A DNA stretch of 64,000 nucleotides from Epiperipatus broadwayi. Its lineage: Eukaryota; Animalia; Onychophora. The stretch covers positions 18,166,001 through 18,230,000 of the forward strand of contig JAQFVV010000007.1 of assembly GCA_028023455.1 (NCBI GenBank), read 5' to 3'. Below are positions 35,311 to 50,078 of this stretch, one piece after another; the first letter of the stretch is position 1; each line of letters starts with the position of its first letter. The position numbers and the translations under genes were made by a program. Under the pieces are notes generated by a model. That model saw nothing but the letters and a program-made list of their open reading frames with translations, did no database searches and had not been told where the DNA came from.

Positions 35311-36992
35311 TGTAACAGTAGCTGGGTTCGAATATGGGTTTAATTGCCAGTGTTGTTGCAAAGTAAATAGGTCGAAGCAGTAAAAATTTACAATAGTCAT
35401 TTGAACCCTGTTACACAAGAGTATGAATGAGTACATTAATCAATTAAAGGTATGAATGTATATATATTCGCTGTATGTGTTAATATAATGGGTGAAAATT
35501 ACTAATATATTTATATGTGAGAATGTAGAGAAGCGATTATATGTAGAGTTGCGTTATTTTTTTTTTATTCATTTGTGTTTTAAATAGATATTTCATTATG
35601 AATATCGTAAGATAGATTTTAAATGCCATTGATAACATGTGTTTCTTAAGCAAAACCCATTAAACTTATAAGGCTGGGAAATAATCAATAGAATGGAAAG
35701 TTGTGCCGCGGGCAGTTCCAGTTAATGACTGTCCAGCGGAATTCTTAGAACTGGTCGAGCATATTTTTAGAACAATGAAAGAAAAAGCATTCTTGAGATC
35801 AGACCATCGGTGTAAGAATAGAAAAAAAAAGTGCGGTTAAAGAGCACTAATGAATAGAACTATTTTTGTTCTCGGTGATTTTAGTGGTGATTTTAAAAAA
35901 TTTAGAAAAAGTAGTGAAGTGATAGAGAGAAGCAGAGAAAGATGTATAAACTGATCAACCTAAGTATTAATTAAGAATTTTATTCATAATGTACTCTGTA
36001 TACATGCGAGGGTAAAAATAATCATCTAGGTTCATCAGACCACTCAAGGGACAGCTGTTGTGGAACCCACCTGAACTTTATTTATGGATTTGCCATTTAG
36101 TCAACCAAGCGTAATGGTCACGGAACTCTCTAACAACCAGATCCTCTCACAATCAAGCCAAACTCATTTACTTAAATTCTAATAGGGATTGTTTTGGCCA
36201 GAATATTTCAGAGCTTATCACCATCGTTTGGACCAGCGACTTTCGTTAAAATCAACGTATTCTCTATGCTGTAAGCTTACAGATTATTAGCCTCAGCCAT
36301 GTGAACATTCACTCTTAAGAGGTAACTTTGATCTTTCTTAATCTGCCTTAAATGAACATTTAATAATGGCTAAAGAAACATGTGTTATTTCAATTTAAAT
36401 AAAGTAAATTAATAATTTATTAAATTGTTTAAGAAAATGCAACTCTGACGTGTAATCACACGCTTTCATTAATATGTGTATGAATTATATATGTATATGT
36501 AACGGAATAAATGAATTATATGTTTAAGATATTAATATATGTGTGTGTGTGCTAATAAATCTTAGAATTAACTACCACTTATATATATTATTTACATTCT
36601 GGGTTTCTGTTGACTGATGGGCTATTGTAATAGGATTGGATTTAGATAGAAATTATATTTAGAGATATAAGGCATTTATTAGATCATCCATAGCTTTGTT
36701 CTCTCAATAAACATTGTTTTTCCAGACCCTCGAGATTGAGCTAGTTAAGATAAAATACCCAAAGAGTATCCATTGGAACTTTTGTTTGCACTTTCGAGAT
36801 GTATAATTCTTATTAAATGGATAAGATTGGCACTTGAGAGAGGCTTCGGCCTTTGCTCATAAATATATTGCTCAAAGCTTAGAGTAATAACTACTTATAC
36901 ACATGAAATTCTTTGAACAAGATTATGGGTAGAATGCTTAAAATGGCTTCCCAGTGTGTGGCATGGTATTCAAATACCACGTAGTGCTTAAA
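35311..36992 (+). repeat. 3' LTR (about 1.68 kb)
   Basis: Direct repeat of 32483-34165, preceded by the PPT. Confidence 0.9.
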
Positions 36993-37074
36993 ATAATGAA
37001 TATGGTAATACAAAGTCATATTAAAATGTGGACTTGCTTTTATTATTAAATCATATTAGTATAAATAGTGGCAT

Positions 37075-37170
37075 GTCAGAAGGTTTGTGAACTGGGTGGC
37101 ACTACTGTATGAAGAGAGTTGCTACTATTTGAAAAGCTTGTGCAAAGATAAGAAATGGTGAACATTTGGT
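37075..37170 (+). mobile_element. Family-A fragment (3' region and tail)
   Basis: gggtggcactactgtatgaagagagttgc...agaaatggtga aligns to 23466-23535. Confidence 0.65.
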
Positions 37171-38375
37171 ATTTTAATGTTTAAAATATTATTAGCTGGG
37201 AATGAAATCATAAATAATAACCTTCTTTTCTTACAATTGATAAATTACAACAAAATGTTTTGGAAAAACTAAATTTATCAAATACTATCTAAGGAAGATA
37301 TATTGTATCTCTAAAACTAAAAGCTAAACTTATAGTGTTTTTAGAAACAGTACTTTTACATATCCAAGAATAAATTTTATTTCAAAGCACCAAATTGTAA
37401 ATAAAAATGCATAGGACTGTGTAATAAGTTCTTCAGGAACTCTTATTTAGCAGTAGACATTTTTATTCTCCTGTCACCTGTTGAAAGATTTGGTAACTAG
37501 TAAATGCCAGATGGTAGGGCTTAATAAATCTATCCTGTATTGTTTTGTCCATTATTCCCGAACTAGTTTCAAGCTTATTATCATTTAACATCAATTAGTC
37601 ACTAAAATTAACAGTAGATGGCATAAAAGTGATGAAAGAAAAATGTAAACTGGGTAAGTTGAAATCATGTGAAGTCAGATATATGTCTCTTACATCCACA
37701 TTTTGCCATTATGCTAAATTATAGTGGTCATATATTGCTATTTAGTTATTTGTTAGTTAAGAAAAGATTTGTAAATATATATGATTTTAATACCTGTGTG
37801 ATGCACATTTTTGGCAGCCCCTAGTATCCATTTGGATTAAGTTTTCAATTTTTTATTTTACTAAATAAATCTTTATTTTGCATTATATTTTCATAATTTT
37901 TAATTTATTGTTTTACAGTTATAAGTTTTAAAATAAAAAAAAAATTCTTAAAAATAATATTTCAACATTGCAAATATAGAAAATAAATAAATTGACGTAG
38001 TAATCAAAATTTCACAATTGCTGATAAAAATATATTTGGAACAAAATAAAATTTATTTGAACTTCATTTTTGAAAGTGACATGAATTTTTATAAAAAAAA
38101 ATGTGTGAAGCAAGAAGATTATATTTTAAAATTTTAAATTCCACTTATAATTATTTCAAAAATATCAAAAAAATAATAGCTCTATTGTTGATAGATGAAT
38201 TCCTTTTTTCATCATTCCCAATTTCCTGCTTTATGCTACTATATTTCTTTTGACTTGTCTTTTTCTAAAACAAGGACATAGTTTTAAATAATATTTTAGT
38301 TTAAACATTGTATTTTTATCAAAAAAGTTAAATTTTTCACAAATATTTTGCAAAAATAATCATAAATATTTAAAC

Positions 38376-40052
38376 AAGAATGTAAAACAATATTTTGGCA
38401 TTGGTAGGAAATTTATATCTGCAATAAGAAAAAAAAGATGGAATTATTACTAAAAAGAGAGAGGACATCATGAAATGGATAGAAGACTTTTATCAAAAAT
38501 TATATAGTAATAAAGAACAAGTACCTCCTATATCTATTACATCTTCCAAATTGCCCAGAATTTTAAATAAAGAAGTGAGATGTGCAATTAAATATATGAA
38601 GAAAGGAAAGGCTCCAGGTAATGATAGAATTGCAATTGATATATTAAAAGAAGCAGGTGAAGAAATAGAAATTTTTTTTAGCAAAGTTATATACCAAATG
38701 TCTAAATGATAAAGATGTACCAGATGATTGGAAAAATGCAGTATTAATATTAATATTTAAAAAAGGTGATAAAGCAGATATGAGAAATTACAGACCTATC
38801 AGCTTGTTATCAGTTTTTTACAAAAATTTTATCATGATAATTACAACTCATCTACAGAGAACATTGGATTTCCACCAACCAAGTGAACAAGCTGGATTTA
38901 AAAGTGGTTTTAGTACAGGATCATATCCAGGTATTAAGAGAAGTTATAGAAAGAACAAATGAATATATGTTTCCATTATGTTTAGGATTTGTAGATTATG
39001 AAAAGGCATTTGATTCTATAAACATTTCTTCAGTGATTAAAGCATTAGATCATCAAGGTATAGATCCAGGATATTGTCATATTTTCAAGAATATTTATAG
39101 AAATGCAACAGCAACAATTAAATTACATAATGATACTGGGAAAGTCAACATTGAGAAGAGTGTAAGACAAGGTGACTTCATATCTCCAAAACTTTTTACA
39201 GCAGTGCTGCCAGAAGTATTTTGTGGATTAAAATGGGAAGCTAAAGGAGTGAAAGTAAATGGAAATTATTTAAGTCATTTAGATTTTGCAGACAATGTAG
39301 TTGTTTTTGCAAATAATGCTTTAGAGCTGCTGGAAATGTTGCAGGAGTTATCAGATGAAAGTAGGACTAAAGATAAATATTAAAAAGACTAAAGTAATGT
39401 TTAATTGATTTTCTCAAAATATGAAAATAATGATTGATTATGATGAGTTAGAAGAAGCTAACCATTACAAATACCTTGGTCAGATTATTAATACAGATGG
39501 AAACATAATGGATGAAATTAATCGTAGAATTAAACTTGGTTGGAGTGCTTTTGGTAGAAATAATTTGATACTAAAGGGAAATATGCCTATGTGTTTGAAA
39601 AGGAAGGTTTTTAATAAATGTGTTTTACCAGTTCTTACTTATGGATCTGAGACTTGGATACTTAATAGAAGAGCAATACAGAGACTTCAGATCACTCAAA
39701 GAAGTACGGAGAGATGCATGTTGGGAGTAACAAAAAAAGATCGAAAACACAATGTATGGGTAAGAGAACAAACAGGTGTTACTGACATTGAAAAAATTAA
39801 AAGATTGAAGTGAAGTTGGGCTGGACATATTGTTAGAAGAGATGATAATAGATGGACCATTGGAAATCTTAAACTGGATTCCAAGATATTGTAAAAGACC
39901 CAGAAAGAGACCACATGTTAGATGGATGGATGAAATAAGAAAGTGTGCAAGAGTGATGTGGAGAAGAGAAGCTAAATATCGGAAAAGATAGATTGAATTT
40001 GGGAAAGACCTTCATCCTGCAGTGGATTGATAATGGTTGATGATGATGATGA
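38376..40052 (+). mobile_element. RTE-clade LINE, 5'-truncated, multiple frameshifts
   Basis: RT fragments in ORFs 38470-38709, 38780-38962, 38883-39383 and 39421-39813; (GAT)n tail; same family as 18346-20395. Confidence 0.95.
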
Positions 40053-41075
40053 AAAAATGACATATTTTCAAGATTTACTAAAAAAAAGAACTTTTGCCAA
40101 GTGCTCTCATAAATAAAGTGACTACTTTGAGAATAAAGAAACTGTCAATGTCTGCATTTTTTGTAATGTGATGTGATGTACTGTAGCTTCTTAAACAAAG
40201 TCAAGAATCTCTCAGAAATTATGCCCAGAGAAACCTGTTAGCTACTTTATTTTACATTCCCCAGTTTTTCCATATTCTGCTCCATCCCATTTCCACAACA
40301 TAATCTTTGTCAACTCTATGGCCTTTATATCTAAACCCCCCTTATCTTTCCCCAAACTTAACATAAAAACCAATAATCCACTTTCTGCATAATCACTTTT
40401 TTCATATTTATTTTTCCATAACCTCATTATATGTGCCCTTTCTTTTTTTCAAGCATTTACATTCAATTAACAGATGTCTAATATGATACTGATATCTAGA
40501 AGATGTTTTTAAAATTAATAAGTCTCAACATATTATAGTTCCAGTTTTCACCAACAAATTGACATGAAACTAGTAAATAGCTATAAGAGAGTGAATTTAT
40601 GCTGAGTAACCAACGGAACTTTATTCCCTGTGATAAAACATGTCAACTTAAACAAAATATATTTATCTGTGCAAAATGATAGTAAGGATAAATGTTTGAA
40701 TATAAATAATTTATTATTAGTCACTCTGAATTCATGTAGTATTCAAACATAGGAAATGACAGATTGGGTTTCTGATAAGAATCTTCATCAATTGTCTGTC
40801 ATTCTACTACCATATTAAACTGCATAAGGCCACATGGTCTAATGCATTGCAGAGTGAAAACTTCAAAAGTTAAAGTCATTCAAGATCAATGTGTTTGAAT
40901 ATCATGTATATATTTACTCATAATTTAATTATACTATATATATATTGTGTTTGTGTGCATAAATATTTCATCATACTTTTTTTTTTAAATTTCAATTAGT
41001 AAATCTGTAGAGAATATATAAAATATATCATATAGTGTTTGTTTATTTTTGTTATATATATGAAATTTGTTGCAG

Positions 41076-41287
41076 AATCGGTGTCGATTAGCTGAAAAAC
41101 GAACAGCTCCTCCTCCAATAGAAAAACATCTTAGTAAGAAGAAAAAAATTCTTGTAATACCTTCCTGGAGTAATCTTAGCCAAAGTCTTCGGATATCTGA
41201 AAACGAGCGACAAAGAAATCATTCCGAGAACTGTGAAAGTTCATCAAATGATGGGGATTCATCGGAGAGGACGGAGCGATTAAAAAG
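41076..41287 (+). CDS. Candidate coding exon of an unidentified host gene (NRCRLAEKRTAPPPIEKHLSKKKK...SSERTERLK)
   Basis: Acceptor tttgttgcag, donor aag|gtaaat, 212-nt open frame, GC/CpG above background, basic NLS-like KKKK. Confidence 0.6.
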
Positions 41288-43536
41288 GTAAATATGTTGC
41301 CATATTCTTAAGCCTTTGTATTTAAAATGATTTGTTTTAATACAATGTTAGTATTTCTGTTTAAACTAACAACACTATCTTTTTTAATGTCCGCTCTAAA
41401 TTCGCAGGCCATGATTTTTGTGCAGTACATTGTTACTGAAAATCAGGTCCACCTATGTGTAAAAATATTTCTTAACTTCTGTATTTCTCATTATAAAAGG
41501 TAAAAGTAAATCATTATTTATTTCAGTTGGTAAGCTTATGGGAAATGAATTATATTCCAATTCTTTATCAAAACACCAGCAGTCATTATTATCTAGAAAT
41601 TCTAATCTCCAATTAAGGGGCTAATTATTTATACCTAATACTTTGAATTTAATACAAACTGCTTTTAACGTCATTAATACATTTGCCTTTTATTATTATT
41701 TTCCATTCTACAAGCAACACTTCACAAATATAGATCTACTATTTACCCTCTTTCATAGAAATGAAAAAACATTACAGCACTTTCTTATGGATTGTTCCTC
41801 ACTTCTTCCTTGTCATATTTTTATCACTAACATGATTAATCAACAACCTCATAAAAATATACAAATTGGCTCTTTTCCTAATATAAGGATGACTATATTC
41901 ATTCTTTTCATAATCTGGCTTGTAAGATGCTATCTAAGCTTTAATCCCACATCTCACAATACTAAATCACTCTTTCTAAAAAAATTAATTAACATTAGGA
42001 CCAGAGACCATACCCATACACCAGCTGACACTTTTGCAGCTACATGGAATATGATTTCATTAACAACAACCCACGACTTGGCTATTAAAAATTCTAATTA
42101 ATATTTAATAGATACATATTGATTATTGCTTAATTATATGAACATCTATCTTATTGCTTTTCTACTTAAAATCTCTTTTGTTTCAATAAGACTTGTAAAT
42201 AATCTCCAATGTATATAGTAAACCTAATAAAGTTAATTTAAAACTAATGTAGTTGTTAAGAGTTGATTTTTTAGAGTAATATGATTGCTTTTACGTTACT
42301 AATATGCTGCAATGAATCGATTTTCTCCCAAGCAATAAGAGCAATTCATCCTCCAGAATATCCTGTAAATCAATATTTTTATAAAAAATAAGCAATATAA
42401 ATTAGGATGACAATAGAATTGTCACCATTAATGGTATATAGAATTACATATAATAATATATATTTCATATTTACAAAAATAAGAAACAAACGTTATCCTT
42501 AGTAGTATTTCTGATTAAACCACTAAACATAACATGAGTGGCAATATTGTATGGAGACTTTTGCCTGTTTTAGTATTTCTGATGATTGGAGATAGCAGTC
42601 TAGTGTCTCAGATGCTATTGCATTAAGGAACTGGTATCAGAGTAAATATTATCTGTGGAAATCTTTTTATCCCTTGTTCTGATTGTCTCTAATTTAATCC
42701 AGAAAGTATTTTGGTGTTTCATAGAATCGTTATTATATTTAAAAAATGCATCTGGTGTGTCAAAGTCTATATAGAATAAATGTTGAAACCCTAATTTCAG
42801 GGAATACTCCTTTTGAAAAATGATTTAATTAAGGTCTGTACATTGCAATTAGCAGTTTGGAATAGACTTGGATTGCTAAACCTATGTTTTCAAAAGATTG
42901 ACATTCAAAACATAAGTGAAATTGAAGCTTTGGGTCTACATGGCAGAGCTCATTTTGAGAATCAATATTTGCACAGTATCTTTTATATTTATAAAAACGT
43001 AATGTTGGTAATGATTGTAAATTTAATTTTATTAAAAAATCCAAAATATTTTGGTTCAAGAGATCAGTGCTTGAAGTTGCATATCAACTGCTTATTATTA
43101 ATATTTAGCATAGTCTACTCAATATTATTGTAAGTATACAGATATAATAAGATGTAGTCATTGGAATAATAGTATTTGTCTTCAGGCAGAGAAAAATTTA
43201 AGTTTAAATTGTTAACTATGAGCAAAGGAGAGATTTTAAGTAATCAATCATAGATGATGGCTTGTCTATTGGTGTAATCTTGAATATGATTTCCAAATTT
43301 GGAACAAAAATGTGCATTAAGGTATTAAATTTATAGTTTTCAAAATCTGGAAGATATATATTGAGTGAAGATCTAAACTATTTAGAAGTCATGATAATTG
43401 TTTAATCAAGATAGAAGTTTTTTTTTCCTCAGAGCAATTTCCTGCTAATGATACTGTAAATTGAAAAGAGCTTTTGTATATATAATTATTGATGAATTGT
43501 AAGGTATTTTTGTCATTAGTAGTAAATTAAATAACG

Positions 43537-43720
43537 ATGATTTTACATAGTGAGATAGATATGATTTTCCAAGTGAATTGATCAGGTGTTCAATCTTCCT
43601 TTTAAGCTTTTCTTATATTACTGGTCACATGATTTTACATAGTGAGATAGATATGATTTTCCAAGTGAATTGATCAGGTGTTCAATCTTCCTTTTAAGCT
43701 TTTCTTATATTGCTGGTCAC
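43537..43720. repeat. Tandem duplication, 92 bp x 2 (one mismatch)
   Basis: atgattttacatag...ctggtcac at 43537-43628 and 43629-43720. Confidence 0.95.
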
Positions 43721-44023
43721 ATTCCTGAGTTACTTAGATGAAAAGGAAAACCTAAAAGATAATTAGGTAATCCTTCAAAGAATTCATTATATCGTTTTTT
43801 TTGTGTGTAAATAAACCAAGCACACGATTTTGTCATGTTAAATTGTAATTTGTATTTATTAGTATATTTATTAAAGATATCTATTAAAATAGGAATTTGT
43901 TATTTTGTCTTAAGAAAAACTGATATATCATCCATGTAGGCTACTCATTGTATATATATTTTTTTATCTTGGGTATATATATGCCAGGCAATTCTTTTTT
44001 TTTTACCTTCTTAATAAAGGATC

Positions 44024-44073
44024 TACATATGAAGTGAAAAACAAGGCATACATATGAAGTGAAAAACAAGGCA
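44024..44073. repeat. Tandem duplication, 25 bp x 2
   Basis: tacatatgaagtgaaaaacaaggca twice. Confidence 0.9.
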
Positions 44074-45455
44074 TTAAGAAGAGAACCTTGAGGTGTTGAG
44101 TAATGCAGCTTAAAAGCAGATAAATAAATACCTTCTATGAAGTATTTCCTGAATTTCACAGTTTATTACTAAATTTGTGATGATGTAGAAAAATTGATTT
44201 GGGTAACTTTATATTTGCAAATCTATCAATGAGAAGGTTAACTGTGTTCCTATCAAAAGCAGATTTGATATCAAGTTGGACTACTTGGATTGTATTTTTT
44301 GTTCTTTATCTAATATGGTCTTGAGTAGAAAGCTAGCTCAACCAGTTGATGAATCTTTGTTTTGGGCTCAATGATATAGGATGGAAGTTTGTTAATTCAC
44401 TGATTTCTTTTATTTTTTAATATGAAACAAGTAATATTGGATATAGACCATATAGATGGGATATTTCTTTAGATAAGAAGTTAGTTAAATTTGATAATAG
44501 TTTGCTTCTTAATTGGCTTAAATGAGCATAGACAAAAAGTGGAATACCATGTATACCTAGATGACATGAATTTGGTATTGATGCAATGTTTTGTGTGAAT
44601 TCACTTGGTGTAACATTTATGTCATCATTTGGTGTTCCAAAATAACGAGGAGTAGGAAAAAAATTACTTCATTTTGTAATTTGTGTTCATAAATGCAAGT
44701 AGATTTGCTTTAGCATATTATATACAGGGATGATATTTTTTTGAATTTTAATTGCAGCAGAAACTCTGTTTATTAGGGATTGACCTAAAACCCAATGAAT
44801 ATAATACCTAAACCATATGTGAGTTTTGTTTGAATATATACATTTTTTTTTGTTTAATTTGCAAGATATTCTCTTAGTGATTCGCAGGCAGGTTTTTAAA
44901 GCTTTTCTTAAAACAATAACTTGGGTAGATTCATTTTGTATATATTTAGATTGAATTATTCTTTTGTGTAAAACATCAGACAATTGTAAAAGCTTAGATG
45001 GTCAGGGTTATTTTAAATGATATGGTTAATGGTATAAAAAGTTATATTTATACATGCGTTCCAACTTTGAACAGGATTCATTACTAAATCTTAAATTTTA
45101 AATAGAAGTTTGTATTTCTCAGAGAAAAGGAATTCTGGTGTTCAATCTGAAAGAAACACCCATATTGTTCTTTGATTGGAAATTATCATTCCATGAATAA
45201 AATCAAATTTTAGAGAATATTAATACTAAATGATTTGAAAAAGAGGAATTTATAAGAATAAGATTGATGTCTTTCATTGTTAATGGTTCTTCTACACTAA
45301 TTAGGGGCAAGTTTATTGTATGAATCTATTTCGTGGTAAATTTATATGTCATATTGAAATTCTATAATCATAGTCCTGGATAAGGAGGTGAAGAGAAAAA
45401 GAATTTAATGTTATAATCACCATATTTATGTAGTTGGCTGAAGATATATATATAT

Positions 45456-48349
45456 TGTGCCGGTCGGATTTGTATGTTCATGTAACAAGATCTAGCATCT
45501 AGGCAAAAGTACCTCGAATCCAATCGTGCGCAAGATACACAGGTCAGGAACACTCATGAATTCTTCCCTTTTTGCCTATTCCCCAGATCTATAACATTAT
45601 AAGCAACAATCCCGATGACATCGATTAATCCACTTCTCATCTGCTGGCATCGATCATCAGAGACACAAAAGAATCAAGGCTAACTCATGATAGAATAACT
45701 TAATAATGAGCATGTTAATTATGTGTAGAGTGGAGATCATCTAGTCATATTTAAGCTTAAAAAATAACTTAATATTTATCTTAACTAAAGAAAGCACTGG
45801 TTCGAGTTTGATGTATATATATTTACAATTTATTAATAATAATTATGTCGGGTCATTTAGCCGATGTGAGCCTCAGGATTATTATAGATATTTATTTGAA
45901 TCATTTTATACAGTAATATGATAATTGCGGCTATGCCAATAATATATGTATGTGTTTGAGTAAATTAGCGCTATTAGAATAGATTATTAGAACGCTATCA
46001 CACCCCCAGAAACGAAAAGAGCATTTGATTACTTCAAACAATAATTTTAACACAGATAATATTTGATTACATTTAATATGACAGTTAACTGGGAATTTTA
46101 GATAATTAATGCGCGGGATGGGTAATGAACAATTTACACAAACGATACTAAATTTATCATATTAATACTTATATTAAAATAACGGACATATGTTTGTTTA
46201 AATGAATCATTTCATATCGGCTTATGAATACTTCTGGGCGAATGATAAGATAAGGGAAAAGCAGTGCGTGCATGGTGGCTTATTATCGGTCCTTTTTATG
46301 GATCCTGGAGTATGCTTCATGAATTCTAAGAAGTGACCGATTTCCTCTGCAAACTTTGGCAGGGTCAGTTTTACGAACGGAAAGAGTCCAGATTCCCTGG
46401 AATGAGGTACAGGTGAATCGTTGATGACGAGGAGTGGTCGGCTATGTCAGTGTCAGGCTGGTTTTTCCAGAGCGATCCCCATATAAAGCATGCATGTACC
46501 AAGGATGTCCCCAGGGTGGTTTTACAGCCTGGTTCAAGGACATTGAGATGACGATGGGGTCCGACTTTGCGGTTGCCTCCATGTAATAAAGAAGCACTAA
46601 CATATATATAAAATAGAATGGCCTTTATGCACTAAACGCTTATTAATAAAACATAAATATACTTCTGAAATTAAAGATTATTGGAACGTATTTATTGCCC
46701 ACGAATGATGAACTCTTCAGCGTAATGACATGGCTTCACTTTAAGCAAACATGATAATAATTATACATATAAACATAGAATAAAAGGTTAAGGTCCCCTT
46801 CCCCCCTTTACATTATATTACTTAATATTATTCATTATGTTTTACACATTAAACCTCAATTTTGGTTGATTAATGCCCTTGTGGAAATACATTAATTGAT
46901 TGCAAAATAAAAAGGGTGGTCGTAATAGCTAAGATGACATTTACATATATAATATAGTTGAAAGATAAAAGATAGTGCATTATTTAGGAAGGAGAATGGG
47001 AAAAACAGATGTCAAATCTGTTTTTCAACAGTAAACATGAAAAATATAATTAATTTATTTCTCTAAAACCGCGAGCATCTGGGCAAGCCGAATAAGACTT
47101 GTTTTTATCAATTATAAATTATTTACCCAGTAAATGATGGATGGGGAAAACAAAATAAGTTATATGCTGAGCGATTTTAGAATATTATTGGCATTAACTT
47201 TAAAATATAAAAACGTAAAAATGTTAATAAAAATTATTGGCCGCTTTTAAATAAAATAAAAGAAAAACATTTTATAAGAGGCTTAGCATAGATTAGTTAT
47301 ATAATATATATATATATATATATTTGAAGACATTTAAAAGATATAGTTTAAAATATACACATTACCTAGAAGGCAGGATTTTAGGAATTATAAGCGGTCT
47401 GAGTTCTTTACCTTGATGATTGAGAAAAGCATTTCACTAGGAATCAGTCCATCGGTATTGTCACTAGATCTAGGGTAGTGGGATGATTTGAGATAGCACT
47501 TCATTTCATTGGAAAGACATATGTAAAGTTCAGTAGCACGGAGTACGGAAGCTTCATTCATGGGATCAGCATGTTAGAATGGAGGGAGAAGGCGAAACTT
47601 ACTATTCACAACACATTGCGTGAAAATTACATCGGGCATGGATTATGTTCAGCAGCATGGCTATTTAATGATCTCCCCTCCTTTTCGTGGATTCAAATCC
47701 AGCAGTATTTATACTTTTTTATTTGAATTTGTAACTAGGCAACTACTGCTGGACCTGAGGCGGTTTAAGCACTTAGATTTCATTTGGAATCATTTGGCCG
47801 GATACTCTTATCTGGTAAGATGTTTGAAACAATGCAAGTTTGTTATCAGTTTCTTGAACGATTGTTTTAAAATATATGTTGTGATTTTAAAACAAGCTAG
47901 CGTGGACAATTTCCACTAATGGGTTTCTTCTATTATTACTAATTTGTAATCTTCTATTTTAATCTAAAGGGTCTTCCGGGTTATTGTTTTTTGAGAGACT
48001 TACTAACAAGATTGCATCATTTCTGGCTACAAACTTATATATGAAAAATATAATAAGTATCATATATAATATCTTATATATATAATATACTATTAATTCA
48101 ATCACAATCTCCTATGCTAAAATATACATATATATTTATTATTTACGCCCACATACACATGAGAATATTATTATTAGATTAAATATTAAATTAAGACACA
48201 TACATTTACATTATTTTATACTATTGGGTAAAGAAATATATTATTAGTTATGTGTATATGTGCATAAGGACGAGTTTGAATACGGTTAGGTGGTAGGAGA
48301 TTGGATGTGGGCTGTGAAGCAGGATCTGAGCATCAGATCATCTGCTTCA
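45456..48349 (-). repeat. 3' LTR (2894 bp)
   Basis: Direct repeat of 55184-58072; minus strand TGAAGC...GGCACA. Confidence 0.95.
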
Positions 48350-48981
48350 TTTTCCTGAACTTACCAAAAAAAAAATGAAAAATCGTTAAAAAAGAAAAAA
48401 AAACCTTTGGATCGGCGATGTATCTAAAGAATTTTATGCCTTGCACTTGCAGTATACTAACTCTCTGTTATATTGAAATTTTATGATTTTTGTTTAAGGT
48501 ATAATATCTCTCTGCTTTATTGGAAATTTTATGACTTTATTTATGCTGAAATATTCAAACTCTGTCATGTTACTAGAAATTTTATGAATTTTATCTAAGC
48601 TACAATGCCCTCTCTACTATATTGGAAACTTTTATGGGTTTTATTAAAAAATTTATGACTTTTGACGAAATATCCTCTCTGTTATATTAAAATTTTACTG
48701 CCTTAAAAAAAACTTGCTTAGTTAATTGGATATAATATGATAATGATATAAGAACTATGCTATACATATACAAATAATTCACTTACATTAAAAAAAAACT
48801 GCTTGGTTAATAGAATAACATATCAAAACTATGGTATAATATATATATTATTTACTGCTTGGTTAATAGAGTAACATATCAATAATTAAAAAAATCTACT
48901 AAAGCATATAGAAATTATTAGAATCTTAAGATCATTTACCATTCCATATCCAGGTCATCAGGTTCTATCTGTCCGGCTTCT

Positions 48982-49973
48982 CTAGTTTCTCCCTCTATCT
49001 GCCAGTTTGTATGGTTTTAATTGCCTTGCATTAAAGGTCCATTTTATTTCCTTGGTTCCCTTTAGCAAGAAAGCATTGTCCCCACATTCCCTTTCAATGC
49101 GGTATGGCCCTTGATATAAAGGGAAGAATTTTTTGAAGTCTTTTTTTTCGTAGGGTTGCTGGGTTTGGGGTTCCGTAACCATACATCATCTTCTTCCCAA
49201 AATTTGTAGTGTGAGGGGAGTCCTCTCCATACTCGTATTTCAGCCATATTCGTTAAACGTCGTCGAGCATCCTCTTGATCCTGACTCGGATTTATATGTA
49301 TAACATCCTGTGGTAGGGGTATTTTGAAGACCCTTGGACATGGTCTACCATAGTGTAACCATTCTGGGGTAAAGCCAGTTGATTCATTTATGGTATAGTT
49401 GATATAACTGACTATTTCTTTAGTTTTATCTACCCATCCTCGATGGTTGGTCGCAAGGTGGGTGCGAAACAGTCTATTGATTTCCCGCATGACTCATTCA
49501 CATGGGTTTGATTGCGGGTTTCTTATAGATGTGAGTCGGTAGATCCAATCTTTCCATGCTTTTGATGTGAATGCGGACCCATGGTCCGATAGGATGGTAG
49601 TAGGTTTGCCTACCTCCCTGAATTGGATGTTTTCGAGAAGACGTATTGCCCCCCTATAATCATTTGCTTTTACTGGGTATTCCCGTACATATTTTGAAAA
49701 GATATCATATGTCACCAAGAGATATTGACATCCCCAAAATTTTGGTAAGGGTCCATAATGATTAATGGCCAGTAGTTTGTTAGGAACGGTAGCGAGAACC
49801 GGTTTGCGAGCGCCGGCAAATGATTTATTTGGGAACTTGCATTGAGCACAGGTGGTACAAGTTCTCAACATGCAGAGCACCTGTGCATACATCCCGGGCC
49901 AATAAAATTGACATCTCAATACTTCTTCGGTCTTTCTCGGCCCGTAGTGTCCAGACGTTTCATGGGCATACAT
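48982..49973 (-). pseudogene. pol: Integrase (three frames): HHCC zinc finger, core, GPY/F
   Basis: HETSGHYG..CTTC; AINHYGPL (first catalytic D appears as N); SDHGSAF; YQGPY; broken by frameshifts. Confidence 0.9.
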
Positions 49974-50078
49974 TATCAGTTGGTTTCTTAGTCACTTAGG
50001 CACCATGATTTTCCATGGGCTTTCCCTGTTCTTGGTTTTTATCTGCAGGATCCCATCCCTAATTTGATATGGTGATAT

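Larger units (their letters stand above)
32483..36992 (+). mobile_element. Non-autonomous (internally deleted) Gypsy-type LTR retrotransposon
   Basis: LTRs 32483-34165 and 35311-36992, tRNA-Lys(CTT) PBS, PPT, 4-bp TSD ATAA (32479-82, 36993-96), 1.1-kb interior without RT. Confidence 0.92.

Noticed and set aside
36032-36038. CTGATGA/CTGACGA in the 1.7-kb LTRs
   Set aside because: No stem II followed by GAAA downstream.
14082-41287. Assembling the candidate exons into a named host gene
   Set aside because: Phases do not join into one chain (32339 to 41076 hits a stop) and no peptide was recognised.
45654-45660. CTGATGA at a hairpin in the Gypsy LTR
   Set aside because: No GAAA, and the other LTR has CCGATGA; it is just a stem-loop.
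48350-48980. env gene in the Gypsy 3' region
   Set aside because: The region is short, AT-rich, repetitive and has no ORF.
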